This document shows, one piece after another, positions 29,386 through 39,195 of a stretch of DNA of 64,000 nucleotides. The DNA comes from Dehalococcoidia bacterium. GTDB taxonomy: Bacteria > Chloroflexota > Dehalococcoidia > Plut-88900. The DNA lies in NCBI GenBank assembly GCA_965197645.1, contig OZ240219.1, positions 3,072,001 to 3,136,000 of the forward strand, written 5' to 3'. Made by a program: the position numbers and the translations under genes. Every line of letters begins with the position of its first letter. The stretch's first letter is position 1. The notes under the pieces were generated by a model that saw nothing but the letters and a program-made list of their open reading frames with translations, ran no database searches and was not told where the DNA came from.

Positions 29386-31284
29386 TTGATCTCAAAGCGA
29401 AAAACACTAACAGCGTTACTGGCCGTAGGGCTGGTAATAGTAATGATAGCAGCGGCCTGTGGTGAGGACGCTACACCTACTCCAGTACCCGAAGTCGTGG
29501 AAGAAGCTGGAGAGGAGCCTATTGAAGAGGTTCTGGAGGACGTAGAGGAGGAACCGGTCGAGGAGGTGATGGAAGAAGAGGTAGTGGAGGAGGAACCGGT
29601 CGAAGAAGTGATGGAAGAAGAGGCAGTTGGTGAGCAGCCACTTCCCGGGGGCACGCTCCGAGTCACCTACGGCGATGACCCACCTACCTGGGATCTGAGA
29701 AAGACCACCTCTTATGCTGCCGGCATGGTCTCCGGTTTCATCCACGTCTTCCTGACCAGATGGGATATGACGAACCCGCAGGGCACCAGCGACTTTACCC
29801 CCCGATCCGAGTTGGCCGAGTATTGGGATGTGAGCGAAGACGGTCTCACCGTCACCTTCCACCTGAGGCGGGGCATCAAGTTCCAGGACATCTTCCCAGT
29901 CAACGGCAGGGAAGTTGTGGCCGACGACGTGGTCTTCTCCTATAACCAGTTCCTGGCCCCCGATGCTCCGAACCGCGCGCTCCTTGGACCCGTCACCAAC
30001 GTCAGTGCACCCGATGACTACACCGTCGTGTTTGAGTTCTCCGTTCCTCACGCTGCCTTTCTTACCTATACCTCTCACACCTTCTTCCCCATCCTGGCGC
30101 CGGAGGTGCTCGATGAGTTCGGTGACTTTTCCACGGCCGAATCGGCCATCGGAGCTGGCGCTTTTATTCTGGAGAGCCACGACCGCGGCGTGGAAATGAT
30201 CTTCGTCAAGAACCCCGACTACTTCAGAGGCGAAAACGGCATAACCGGCGAGAGCCTCCCCTACATCGACAGGATAGAAGCCTATAACATCCCGGACAGA
30301 GATGCTCGAGAGGCTATGTACAGATCCGGTGAGATCGATGAGCCGGGCTCTGGCGCCTACTGGGGGTTCTGGAACGTCTGGGGCCCCACGCTTGAAATCA
30401 TGGCCGAAAACAACCCGGAGTTGGTCGAGAACCTGCGAACTTTTTCTGACACAGCATGCCAGCTCTACGCCTTCGCTCCGAACGTGGACACCTTCCCCTT
30501 CATGAACCAGAAGGTACGGCAGGCCGTGTCCATGGTTGTGGACCGTGGTGACGCTTGGACGGTCGTCTCAGGCCCCTGGCTCGACTCGCGCGAACTCTCC
30601 TCTCGTCACCCGTGGTTCGTGCCTCTTGATGAGTTGGGTGAGGGAGCCGCGTACTACCCTGTGGATGAAGAAGGCAACTACGTACGAGACATCGAGGGCG
30701 GCCTGGCCCGTCTGAACGAAGGGCTTCAGGAGCTGATCGATGCCGGAGAAGCCCCCGAGGGATTCGAGATTGGCGATAGGATATCGGTGGACCTGAACAT
30801 GAATAGTGAATACGGTGAGGGCATCCAGGCCGGCGGTGAGCTGATCGTCTCCTGGCTGAACGACCTCAACTTCGATGTCACCATCAGGGGGAAGGTATAC
30901 GCAGAATACGTCTCCACAACCATGATTGGTGACTTCGAGGGCCTGATGTTCGGATGGAACCACGTTTGCCTGGACCCGGACGAGGGGCTCTTCGGCCTCT
31001 ACCATCCCGATTCCCTGGAGAACAAGGCCAGCGTAAACGATCCTGAGCTCACCCCACTGCTCGATGCTCAGCGAGCAGAGCTGGACGTTGACGCAAGAGG
31101 GGAAATAATCAAAGAGATCCAGAGACTGATGGCTGTGAAACAGTACATGTGGCAGTTCCCGGCATACGTCGTCACTAACGCCTTTCCTGACTACATAAAT
31201 AATGTCGGCCCTCAGAAAAAGTACGATGTAGGCGGCATGTGGCTGAGTGCATGGCTCACCGAGGACGCCCCGGGTAGACAGTAA
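29386..31284 (+). CDS. Family-5 ABC solute-binding lipoprotein with acidic N-terminal repeats
   Basis: IAAAC lipobox, PGGTL, LAEYWDVSEDG..FHLRRGIKF, ADDVVFS, KNPDYF, KVRQAVS. Confidence 0.95.
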   Translation: MISKRKTLTALLAVGLVIVMIAAACGEDATPTPVPEVVEEAGEEPIEEVLEDVEEEPVEEVMEEEVVEEEPVEEVMEEEAVGEQPLPGGTLRVTYGDDPPTWDLRKTTSYAAGMVSGFIHVFLTRWDMTNPQGTSDFTPRSELAEYWDVSEDGLTVTFHLRRGIKFQDIFPVNGREVVADDVVFSYNQFLAPDAPNRALLGPVTNVSAPDDYTVVFEFSVPHAAFLTYTSHTFFPILAPEVLDEFGDFSTAESAIGAGAFILESHDRGVEMIFVKNPDYFRGENGITGESLPYIDRIEAYNIPDRDAREAMYRSGEIDEPGSGAYWGFWNVWGPTLEIMAENNPELVENLRTFSDTACQLYAFAPNVDTFPFMNQKVRQAVSMVVDRGDAWTVVSGPWLDSRELSSRHPWFVPLDELGEGAAYYPVDEEGNYVRDIEGGLARLNEGLQELIDAGEAPEGFEIGDRISVDLNMNSEYGEGIQAGGELIVSWLNDLNFDVTIRGKVYAEYVSTTMIGDFEGLMFGWNHVCLDPDEGLFGLYHPDSLENKASVNDPELTPLLDAQRAELDVDARGEIIKEIQRLMAVKQYMWQFPAYVVTNAFPDYINNVGPQKKYDVGGMWLSAWLTEDAPGRQ

Positions 31285-31310
31285 ACTAATCAGATAGCCG
31301 AAAGTAACGT

Positions 31311-31349
31311 AAAAGAGCGGGCCCCGACGACGTCGGGGCCCGCTCTTTT
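31311..31349. terminator. Rho-independent (bidirectional) terminator
   Basis: AAAAGAGCGGGCCCCGACG-A-CGTCGGGGCCCGCTCTTTT perfect inverted repeat after the SBP gene. Confidence 0.9.
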
Positions 31350-31479
31350 GTCCTCTTTGTGCTCTTCGGCGTGGGCTTCACCGCTCCCAGAGCCGAAGTC
31401 ACCCCTGAAATCCACTCCTGTATATTCGACTTGGGACGGGAGCATCCAGACGCGGTTGTAGCCTTCCTGGCAATCGAGA

Positions 31480-31705
31480 CACCACCTGGCTGAACGTGAA
31501 GACCCGTGGCGGCCACGGCGCCGCATGCTCGGCATCTGCGAGATGCTTGCTGACGACCACGACGACATGGTGGTGAAGGCAATGTCCTGGGCGCTTCGAG
31601 AGCTCGTCGCCTGAGACCCGAATGCCGTGGAACGCTTCCTCTCGAGTAATGAAGACCGCCTGGCCGCAAGGGTAAAGCGGGAAGTCCGCAACAAGCTGAG
31701 CCTCC
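31480..31705 (+). pseudogene. AlkD-like DNA alkylation repair protein C-terminal remnant
   Basis: RMLGICEMLADDHDDMVVKAMSWALRELVA*DPNAVERFL..LAARVKREVRNKL with internal TGA. Confidence 0.75.
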
Positions 31706-31769
31706 AACCCTGCGGGCCGGAGGCTCATGGGGCCTATTCGGGGTAGCCTGAGCGAGTCCTTATATTAGG

Positions 31770-31897
31770 ACCTCCTACCGAAAAGTTCGCCATTCAATAC
31801 GTGCAGGAGTAGTAAAGCGGACTCGAATCTCCAAACGGAGCCCCCGCGCCTGTGCCCGCCAGCTAGGTGCATATCGTAAGCCAGGTCGAGTTACTCC
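31770..31897. repeat. 128-bp island-end repeat, copy 2
   Basis: Homologous to 12917..13044. Confidence 0.85.
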
Positions 31898-32031
31898 AGT
31901 GACATTCTTGGGCGAAGGCCTGATGTCCTGCCTTGTCAGGTAATTGATTGGTACGTTTACTTTCGGTGTATTGTTGTGGTAACAAATGTGGGAAACGAGA
32001 CTAGTGCAATCCCAATTTAGTCTTGTTGCCT

Positions 32032-32052
32032 AATCCCACCCTCTCCGCCATC
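32032..32052 (+). mobile_element. att core: tRNA-Ser 3'-end fragment, copy 2 (distal island boundary)
   Basis: Identical 21-mer to 13174..13194; core genes begin about 370 bp later. Confidence 0.85.
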
Positions 32053-32081
32053 CGAATCTGTCTCAGCTTCCATTCTCAACA

Positions 32082-32277
32082 GAGCTTGTCTCAAAAGTAC
32101 CGATGTTTTGGTCCCAACTGCCCGCCCCCGGGATGTTTTGTAACTGGGGGAACATCCCCCAGTCCTCCTTCTTGGCGAGGAATGGAGAAAAACTAAAATA
32201 GTTTCTGAGGGACACCCTTAGACTCCTGGCAAAGGGTCTTCGCCCCGCTGCACACCCCGTGTTGCATCAAACTGTCA
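32082..32277. mobile_element. Chimeric MITE: family A left part joined to family B right part
   Basis: GAGCTTGTCTCAAAAGTAC..GGGGGAACATCCCCCAG (A), then CTGAGGGACACCCTTAGACTCC..CTGCACACCCC..CATCAAACTGTCA (B, shared with 51780). Confidence 0.75.
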
Positions 32278-32422
32278 AGGCTGTTCGCCAGGGGCGACAA
32301 GCCTGCGGATACAACCTGAGGTGCATCGAAGGGCAACCCAGCTTGGGAACAAATAGCGCTTCAACAGCTATGACACCGCGCCTCTGTACCGGTTTTCCGC
32401 CGCTATGTTAGAATCGATTCAT

Positions 32423-33535
32423 ATGGACGATCTCAAATACTGGGTAGCGTTCAACCGCATCAAGGGCATCGGCCGGGTGCGGTACACTGCTTTGGAAGGC
32501 CACTTCGGCAATCTGAAGGAGGCTTGGAGCGCCGACTCTTCTGAGCTTAGACGGGCCGGCCTCGACCGCCGCTCGATTACCAACATCACATCCAAACGCC
32601 GTGAGATCGATCCCGACGCGGAGATGGACGCTCTGCAGCGGCTCGGAATCAAGGCAATCACCTGGAACGATACGGCATACCCGGCCCCGTTGAAGGAGAT
32701 ATACGATCTGCCGCCCGTTCTCTACTCCCGAGGTTCCCTCGAAGGGGAGACCGAGTGGGCCATCGCCGTCGTGGGTACGAGACGAGCCACCGCTTACGGC
32801 AGGGAGATGACCGAGATACTGGCCACCGACCTGGCCCACAACGGCATCACCGTGATAAGTGGGCTGGCCCGGGGTATAGATGCCGTCGCTCATCGGGCCG
32901 CCCTGAAAGCCGGCGGCAGGACCATAGCGGTACAAGCCTGCGGGCTGGACATGGTCTACCCATCGGAACATGTGAAGCTGGCCCAGGAGATCATGGAGCA
33001 GGGCGCGCTGGTAAGCGACTATCCCCTGGGAACGCTGCCCCGAGCGGACCACTTTCCCCGGCGGAACCGGATAATGAGCGGTTTCTGTCTTGGTACCCTG
33101 GTCATCGAGGCCGACCATGGCAGCGGTGCCCTCATCACCGCCGATTACGCCCTGGAGCATAACCGGGAGGTCTTCGCCGTGCCGGGCAGCGCCCTTTCGA
33201 CGAGAAGCCAGGGCACCAACAGGCTCATTCGAGAAGGGGCCAAGCTGGTCACGCGGGTCGAAGACATCCTGGAAGAGCTGAACCTAACCATGGTGCCTCA
33301 TCAGATGGAGATGAGGGAGCTGGCGCCTCCGACCGATACCGAGTCGCTGTTGCTGGACCATATATCTCACGAACCCATACATATCGACGAGGTACAGCGC
33401 CTCTGCAACCTGCCCATCGCCACGGTGAGCAGCACCCTGGCGATGATGGAGCTGAAGGGAATAGTAAAACAAACAGGCCCAATGAACTACGTCATGAGCC
33501 GAGAGGCCCAGGCGAGCTACCGGGCAACTGCATAG
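32423..33535 (+). CDS. dprA: DNA-processing protein DprA
   Basis: AVVGTR, ISGLARGID, FPRRNRIMSG, SGALITA, REVFAVPG. Confidence 0.97.
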   Translation: MDDLKYWVAFNRIKGIGRVRYTALEGHFGNLKEAWSADSSELRRAGLDRRSITNITSKRREIDPDAEMDALQRLGIKAITWNDTAYPAPLKEIYDLPPVLYSRGSLEGETEWAIAVVGTRRATAYGREMTEILATDLAHNGITVISGLARGIDAVAHRAALKAGGRTIAVQACGLDMVYPSEHVKLAQEIMEQGALVSDYPLGTLPRADHFPRRNRIMSGFCLGTLVIEADHGSGALITADYALEHNREVFAVPGSALSTRSQGTNRLIREGAKLVTRVEDILEELNLTMVPHQMEMRELAPPTDTESLLLDHISHEPIHIDEVQRLCNLPIATVSSTLAMMELKGIVKQTGPMNYVMSREAQASYRATA

Positions 33536-33543
33536 GAAACAAC

Positions 33544-36015
33544 ATGGCAAAAGAGCTTGTAATAGTGGAATCTCCGGCAAAGGCCCGGACCCTGGAGAGA
33601 TACCTGGGTAAAGACTACGTTGTGATGGCCTCCCGAGGCCACGTGCGGGACCTGCCTCAGTACCGGTTCGGCGTCGATGTAGAAAAAGACTTCGAGCCGA
33701 AATACGAAGTCCCCAAAGAGAAGAAGGACGTCGTGAAAAAGCTGGCGGATGCGGCCAAGAAGGCCTCCACCGTCTACCTCGCCACCGACCCGGACCGGGA
33801 GGGCGAAGCTATCTCATGGCACCTGGTCCAGGCCTCCAAGATCACCGATACTCCGATCAAACGGGTGGTCTTCCACGAGATCACCGAAAACGCCATCAAG
33901 AGCGCCTTCAAGAAGCCCCGAGAGATTGACATCGATCTCGTAAACGCCCAGCAGGCGCGCCGCGTGCTGGACAGGGTTGTCGGTTATCGCCTCAGCCCCC
34001 TCCTGTGGAGGAAAATCGAGAAGGGTCTTTCCGCTGGACGGGTGCAGTCCGTAGCCCTGCGTATAATTGCGGACCGGGAAGCCGATATCCAGGCCTTCGT
34101 CCCCACCGAGTACTGGTCCATCGAGGCCGATCTGAAAAAGCAGGGGAAGGGAGCCCAACCCAAGTTCAAGGCTGCGCTGCACAGCCGGAAGGGCGTCAAG
34201 GGCAAGCTTTCGATAGCGGACCAACAATCGGCCGAGGAGATAGTGCAGCGCCTGGATGGCGCCTCCTATGCCGTGGCCAAGGTGGACAAGAAGAAGCAAC
34301 AGCGCAAGCCGTCCGCCCCCTTCACCACCAGCACCCTCCAGCAGGAAGCATGGCGGAAGCTGAGGTTCACTGCCAAGCGCACCATGGCCATCGCCCAACA
34401 GCTTTACGAAGGGCTATCGCTGGGGCCCGAGGGCCAGGTGGGCCTGATCACCTACATGAGGACCGATTCCACCTCCGTCTCCAATGAGGCCCGGAACCAG
34501 ATCCGAGCCTATATCGACGAAAAGTACGGCTCTCAATACCTGCCACCTTCTCCGAGAAGCTACACGAAAAAAACCAAGGGCGCCCAGGAGGCCCACGAGG
34601 CCATCCGTCCCACTAGCGCCGACCGAGACCCCAGCGTTATCGCCGACTACCTCTCCTCTGAGCAGCGCCGTCTCTACGAGCTGATCTGGAAGCGGATGGT
34701 CGCCAGCCAGATGTCCAACGCCGCCGTGGAGGCGACCTCGGTAAACATCGAAGCAGAGGGCAGGAAGGCGGCTCCGCCATCGGTGAACGGCAAGGTAAAG
34801 GACAAGAAGTCGGACAAACCGTACGTCTTCCGCGCCTCCGGCTCGGTGATTACTTTTCCCGGCTTCCTGGTGCTCTACCAAGAGGACCAGGACGAGCAGA
34901 AGGCTGAGGATGGACAGAGCAACCTCCCTGAGCTGACCGTCGGGGAGGGGTTGAACTGCGCCAAGCTTTCTCCACTCCAGCACTTCACCCAACCGCCGCC
35001 TCGATACACGGATGCCTCGCTGGTAAAGGCCCTGGAGGAGTACGGGATAGGCCGGCCCAGTACCTACGCCCCCACCCTATCGACCATTCAGGACCGTCGT
35101 TACGTAGATAAGCAGAAGGGTCGGTTCCAGCCAACGGACCTGGGCATTACCGTAAACGGCCTCCTAAAGGAACACTTTCCGAACATCGTCGACCTGGGTT
35201 TCACCGCCGAGATGGAGGAGGAGCTGGACGAGATCGCCCGGGGCGAACGAAGCTGGCCGCCGGTAATTCGGGAATTCTACGAGCCGTTCCAGGAATCGAT
35301 CAAGAAGGCTGCCGAGGCCATACCCGACGAGGCTGAGGGCATGGACTGCGACGTTTGCGGTAAGCCCATGGTGGTGAAAGCCGGTCGAAGGGGCAGGTTC
35401 ATAGCCTGCACCGGCTACCCCGAGTGCAAGAACACCAAGCCTATACCCGGATCGGAGGAGGACGCAGAAGAGGAGAAGATAGACGAGACGTGCGACAAGT
35501 GCGGCAGCCCGATGGCGATCAAGACGGGTCGCCTGGGCAAGTTCATCGCCTGTACCGGCTATCCCAAGTGCAAGAACACCAAGCCTATACCCGGATCGGA
35601 GGAGGACGCAGAAGAGGAGAAGATAGACGAGACGTGCGACAAGTGCGGCAGCCCGATGGCGATCAAGATGGGTCGCCTGGGCAAGTTCATCGCCTGTACC
35701 GGCTACCCCAAGTGCAAGAACACCAAGCCCTATTTGATAAAGACCGGCGCCAGTTGCCCCGAGTGCGGCGGCGACATCGTGGAGAAGGTGAACAAGAAGG
35801 GCCGTACATTCTATAGCTGTGCCACCTACCCAGCTTGTAGCTACGCCGTGAGCCAGCGACCTCTTACAACGGGCTGCCCCGAGTGCGATGGCCTGCTGGT
35901 GGTCTCAGGGCGGGACGGCGCTCGGTGCACCAAGTGCAAGAGCAAATACAAGATCGCCGATCTGCCCGCCGAGCAAGAGGAGGAAGAGGTCAAAGTGGAG
36001 GTCCCCGTCGGCTAG
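33544..36015 (+). CDS. topA: DNA topoisomerase I
   Basis: IVESPAKA, ATDPDREGE, SAGRVQS, ITYMRTDS, QEAHEAIRP, GIGRPSTY, C4 zinc ribbons. Confidence 0.98.
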   Translation: MAKELVIVESPAKARTLERYLGKDYVVMASRGHVRDLPQYRFGVDVEKDFEPKYEVPKEKKDVVKKLADAAKKASTVYLATDPDREGEAISWHLVQASKITDTPIKRVVFHEITENAIKSAFKKPREIDIDLVNAQQARRVLDRVVGYRLSPLLWRKIEKGLSAGRVQSVALRIIADREADIQAFVPTEYWSIEADLKKQGKGAQPKFKAALHSRKGVKGKLSIADQQSAEEIVQRLDGASYAVAKVDKKKQQRKPSAPFTTSTLQQEAWRKLRFTAKRTMAIAQQLYEGLSLGPEGQVGLITYMRTDSTSVSNEARNQIRAYIDEKYGSQYLPPSPRSYTKKTKGAQEAHEAIRPTSADRDPSVIADYLSSEQRRLYELIWKRMVASQMSNAAVEATSVNIEAEGRKAAPPSVNGKVKDKKSDKPYVFRASGSVITFPGFLVLYQEDQDEQKAEDGQSNLPELTVGEGLNCAKLSPLQHFTQPPPRYTDASLVKALEEYGIGRPSTYAPTLSTIQDRRYVDKQKGRFQPTDLGITVNGLLKEHFPNIVDLGFTAEMEEELDEIARGERSWPPVIREFYEPFQESIKKAAEAIPDEAEGMDCDVCGKPMVVKAGRRGRFIACTGYPECKNTKPIPGSEEDAEEEKIDETCDKCGSPMAIKTGRLGKFIACTGYPKCKNTKPIPGSEEDAEEEKIDETCDKCGSPMAIKMGRLGKFIACTGYPKCKNTKPYLIKTGASCPECGGDIVEKVNKKGRTFYSCATYPACSYAVSQRPLTTGCPECDGLLVVSGRDGARCTKCKSKYKIADLPAEQEEEEVKVEVPVG
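35423..35729 (+). repeat. Near-perfect 144-bp tandem duplication of a TopA zinc ribbon
   Basis: AACACCAAGCC at 35431, 35575 and 35719; 48-aa unit repeated with very few changes. Confidence 0.95.
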
Positions 36016-36084
36016 AGTCATCCTCATCCCCTCGTCCTGCCCGTCCATCGAAGCCAACCCTCCATAAAGTAGAGCGTCAGACCC

Positions 36085-37029
36085 GTGAACCAATATCTCA
36101 AGAGTTTCATCGAACACCTGCAGTGGGAGCGACATCTGTCGCCTTACACGGTGCGAAACTACAAAACGGACCTGCTCCCCTTCTTCGAGTTCCTGAACGG
36201 AGAGGGCGTACGAGACCTGGCCAAGGTTGACAGAAAGCTGGTGAGAAGGTACGTCGCCTGGCTGGCCATGGAACGACGGGTGCGCTTGACCAACAGATCA
36301 GTGAAGCAGGGGCACGATACGCCCAGCGTGGCCCGGAAGCTGAGTGTTCTCCGGTCCTTCTACCGGTTCCTGGTCCGGGACAAGCTGCTGGAAACCAATC
36401 CCGTCTCCCGTATTTCCATGCCCAAGCTGGACAAGAAAGCACCGACTTTCCTTTCCAAGCAGGACGCCGGCAGGCTACTCGAGGCGCCGAACCCCGACAC
36501 CCCCCTTGCCTTGAGGGACAGGGCCCTGCTGGAGCTGCTCTACGCCGCCGGGCTGCGGGTAAGCGAGTTGGTCGGGCTGGACATGGGAAACGTAGACCTG
36601 AAGGCCCGGGAGGTGAGGGTCCTGGGGAAGGGCTCCAAGGAACGGGTGGCCCTCATCGGAAAGCCCGCCCTGAATGCGCTGGAGCACTACATCGGCCAAG
36701 GCCGGGGAAAGCTGGTCGCCAAGAAACACACCGAAGCCCTGTTCCTCAACAGGTACGGCGCCCGCCTCTCAGTGCGCAGTGTGCAGAACATGGTGCGACA
36801 ATACTCGCTGAAAGAGGGGCTTAACCAGAACGTCCATCCTCACACCATGAGACACAGCTTCGCTACCCACATGCTGGACGGAGGCGCCGACCTTCGAGTC
36901 GTGCAGGAGCTTCTGGGGCACGAGAACCTCAGCACCACCCAGATATATACCCATCTCACCACCTCCGAGGCGCGAAAAACCTACACAAAGGCCCATCCCA
37001 GGGCCTCCGACGGCGAGGGGGAGCAATGA
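36085..37029 (+). CDS. xerC: Tyrosine recombinase XerC
   Basis: GLRVSEL, GKGSKER, HPHTMRHSFATH, LGHENLSTTQIY; dprA-topA-xerC synteny. Confidence 0.9.
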   Translation: MNQYLKSFIEHLQWERHLSPYTVRNYKTDLLPFFEFLNGEGVRDLAKVDRKLVRRYVAWLAMERRVRLTNRSVKQGHDTPSVARKLSVLRSFYRFLVRDKLLETNPVSRISMPKLDKKAPTFLSKQDAGRLLEAPNPDTPLALRDRALLELLYAAGLRVSELVGLDMGNVDLKAREVRVLGKGSKERVALIGKPALNALEHYIGQGRGKLVAKKHTEALFLNRYGARLSVRSVQNMVRQYSLKEGLNQNVHPHTMRHSFATHMLDGGADLRVVQELLGHENLSTTQIYTHLTTSEARKTYTKAHPRASDGEGEQ

Positions 37030-37466
37030 AGGTCCTGGTGGTATACGGCCCTAACCTCAACCGTCTCGGCAAGCGGGACCCGGAGCAGTACGGCACCATC
37101 ACTATGGAGGAGATCAACCGGGCCCTGGAGGAGAGAGCGGCCGAGTTAAAGACAGAGATCACGTTCTTCCAGTCCAACAGCGAAGGCTCTCTGATCGACA
37201 TGCTCCAAGAGGAGTCGGAAGGGGCCGACGGAATCATCATCAACCCCGGCGCCCTGACCCATTACGGGCTCTCTCTGCGTGATGCCCTCGCCGATGCGGA
37301 CCTGCCAATCGTGGAGGTCCATCTGTCCAATATACATGCCAGGGAGCGGTTCAGGAGAAAATCGGTGGTGGCGCCCATTGCTCAAGGGCAGATCGCCGGG
37401 TTGGGCTGGCGGGGCTTCATCCTCGCTCTGGAGTACCTGGCGGAGACGTTGAAAGAGAACGATTAG
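37026..37466 (+). CDS. aroQ: Type II 3-dehydroquinate dehydratase
   Basis: GPNLNRLGKRDPEQYG, INPGALTH, EVHLSN. Confidence 0.97.
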   Translation: MKVLVVYGPNLNRLGKRDPEQYGTITMEEINRALEERAAELKTEITFFQSNSEGSLIDMLQEESEGADGIIINPGALTHYGLSLRDALADADLPIVEVHLSNIHARERFRRKSVVAPIAQGQIAGLGWRGFILALEYLAETLKEND

Positions 37467-37499
37467 GTAGTTGACCAACGGTCCAAGGAAGGGTTGAGA

Positions 37500-38576
37500 A
37501 TGGAACAAAGATTAGAGAGGCTTCGGCGGCAACTGGACGAATCCGGGCTGGATACTTTGCTGGTGTCCCAACCCGAGAACAGATTTTACCTATCCGGTTT
37601 TTCCGGGTCGGCGGGATACCTGATCATCTCCCAGGAGCATGCACTAATCGCTACCGATTTCCGCTATTTCGAGCAATCGGAGCGCCAGAGTCCCAACTTC
37701 CAGCTGGTGAAGATGGAGGGGACCAAGAACTGGCTGGCGGAGGCGTTGTCCATTACGAGTCCCAAGCGCCTCGGCTTCGAGGCGGCTGATGTCTCCTTCG
37801 CTCTGTACACCCGGATCAAGAAGATACTATCCGAGATCGATAGCAGCGAGCGACCAAGGCTCATGTCCACCCAGAACGTGGTGGAGTCCTTGCGGATCGT
37901 AAAGGACGAGGTCGAGCTCAAAGAGATCGAAGCCGCCGTGGCCGCCGCTGACGCCGCGCTGGCTGATGTAGTGCCCGCCATAGAGGCCGGAATGACGGAG
38001 AAACAGGTGGCGTGGGAGCTGGAGAAGTCGATGAGGGGTCACGGCGCCGACAGCATCAGCTTCGATACCATAGTGGCCTCGGGGCCCAACGGCGCCCTCC
38101 CTCACCACCGTCCCAGCGACAAGGTGATACAGGAAGGCGAGCCCATCGTCATCGACATGGGCGCGAAGGTCAGGGGCTACTGCAGCGATATCACCCGCAC
38201 CGTAGTAGCCGGCCAACCCGACTCCAAGGTCAAGGAGGTCTACGACACCGTCTTGGCGGCGCAGCTTACGGCCATCGCGACCGTCGCCTCCGGCATGTCG
38301 GGCCACGAAGCCGACAATCTGGCTAGAAGTGTTATCGAAAAGGCCGGGTACGGCGATAACTTCGGCCACTCCCTGGGCCACGGCATCGGCCTGGCCGTAC
38401 ACGAGAATCCCAGGGTGGGCCCCAACGCCGACGACACGGTGGACGCATCGATGGTCTTCACCATAGAGCCCGGCATATACCTGCCCGGCTGGGGCGGGGT
38501 GAGAATCGAGGACATGGTGGTACTGGAAAACGGCAAGACGAGAATACTGACAAAAACGCCCAAAGGGCTGGACTGA
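37500..38576 (+). CDS. Xaa-Pro aminopeptidase (M24B)
   Basis: YCSDITRT, HSLGHGIGLAVHE, TIEPGIY, GVRIED; upstream of efp. Confidence 0.95.
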   Translation: MEQRLERLRRQLDESGLDTLLVSQPENRFYLSGFSGSAGYLIISQEHALIATDFRYFEQSERQSPNFQLVKMEGTKNWLAEALSITSPKRLGFEAADVSFALYTRIKKILSEIDSSERPRLMSTQNVVESLRIVKDEVELKEIEAAVAAADAALADVVPAIEAGMTEKQVAWELEKSMRGHGADSISFDTIVASGPNGALPHHRPSDKVIQEGEPIVIDMGAKVRGYCSDITRTVVAGQPDSKVKEVYDTVLAAQLTAIATVASGMSGHEADNLARSVIEKAGYGDNFGHSLGHGIGLAVHENPRVGPNADDTVDASMVFTIEPGIYLPGWGGVRIEDMVVLENGKTRILTKTPKGLD

Positions 38577-38585
38577 GGGACCGAG

Positions 38586-39143
38586 ATGATAGATACGGGC
38601 GGACTGCGAAAAGGGCTGACCATAGAGCTGGATGGACAGCTCCACAAGATCGTGGATTACAAGCACATCAAGATCGCCCGCGGGTCTGCCCAGGTGAGGT
38701 TGAAGCTGAAGAATCTCCAGAGCGGCCACACCACCGAGAAGACCTTCCAGGCGGGTTCCCGCTTCGCCGTGGCTCGCATCGAAAGGCGCTCCGCCCAATA
38801 CCTCTACCGGGACGGCGATTTCTACATCTTCATGGACCAGGAGACCTTCGATCAGACCCCTCTCACCACGGAGCTGCTCGACGACACAACCAACTACCTG
38901 ATCGAGGGGATGACAGTGGACATCATCTCCCACGGCGACGTGCCCATCGACGTGGAGCTTCCCTTTTCCGTCGAGCTGGCGATCTCCGATACCGACCCCG
39001 GGTTCAAGGGCGATACCGCCCAGGGCGGCACCAAGCCCGCCACCCTTGAGACGGGACTCATCGTTCAGGTGCCTTTGTTCGTCAACCCCGGAGACAGGGT
39101 AAAGGTGGACACTCGCACCGGCGAGTACCAGGAGCGGGTGTAG
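38586..39143 (+). CDS. efp: Elongation factor P
   Basis: KIARGSA loop (Arg at the tip), PGFKGDTA, KPATLETG, VPLFV, KVDTRTGEY. Confidence 0.98.
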   Translation: MIDTGGLRKGLTIELDGQLHKIVDYKHIKIARGSAQVRLKLKNLQSGHTTEKTFQAGSRFAVARIERRSAQYLYRDGDFYIFMDQETFDQTPLTTELLDDTTNYLIEGMTVDIISHGDVPIDVELPFSVELAISDTDPGFKGDTAQGGTKPATLETGLIVQVPLFVNPGDRVKVDTRTGEYQERV

Positions 39144-39195
39144 GATGGCGCCCGGCTCCCTTTGGGTGAGCCGCGGCAGAATTTGTCCTACAGGG

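Noticed and set aside
36085-37029. xerC as the integrase of the islands
   Set aside because: Housekeeping dprA-topA-xerC context and no arm-binding domain.
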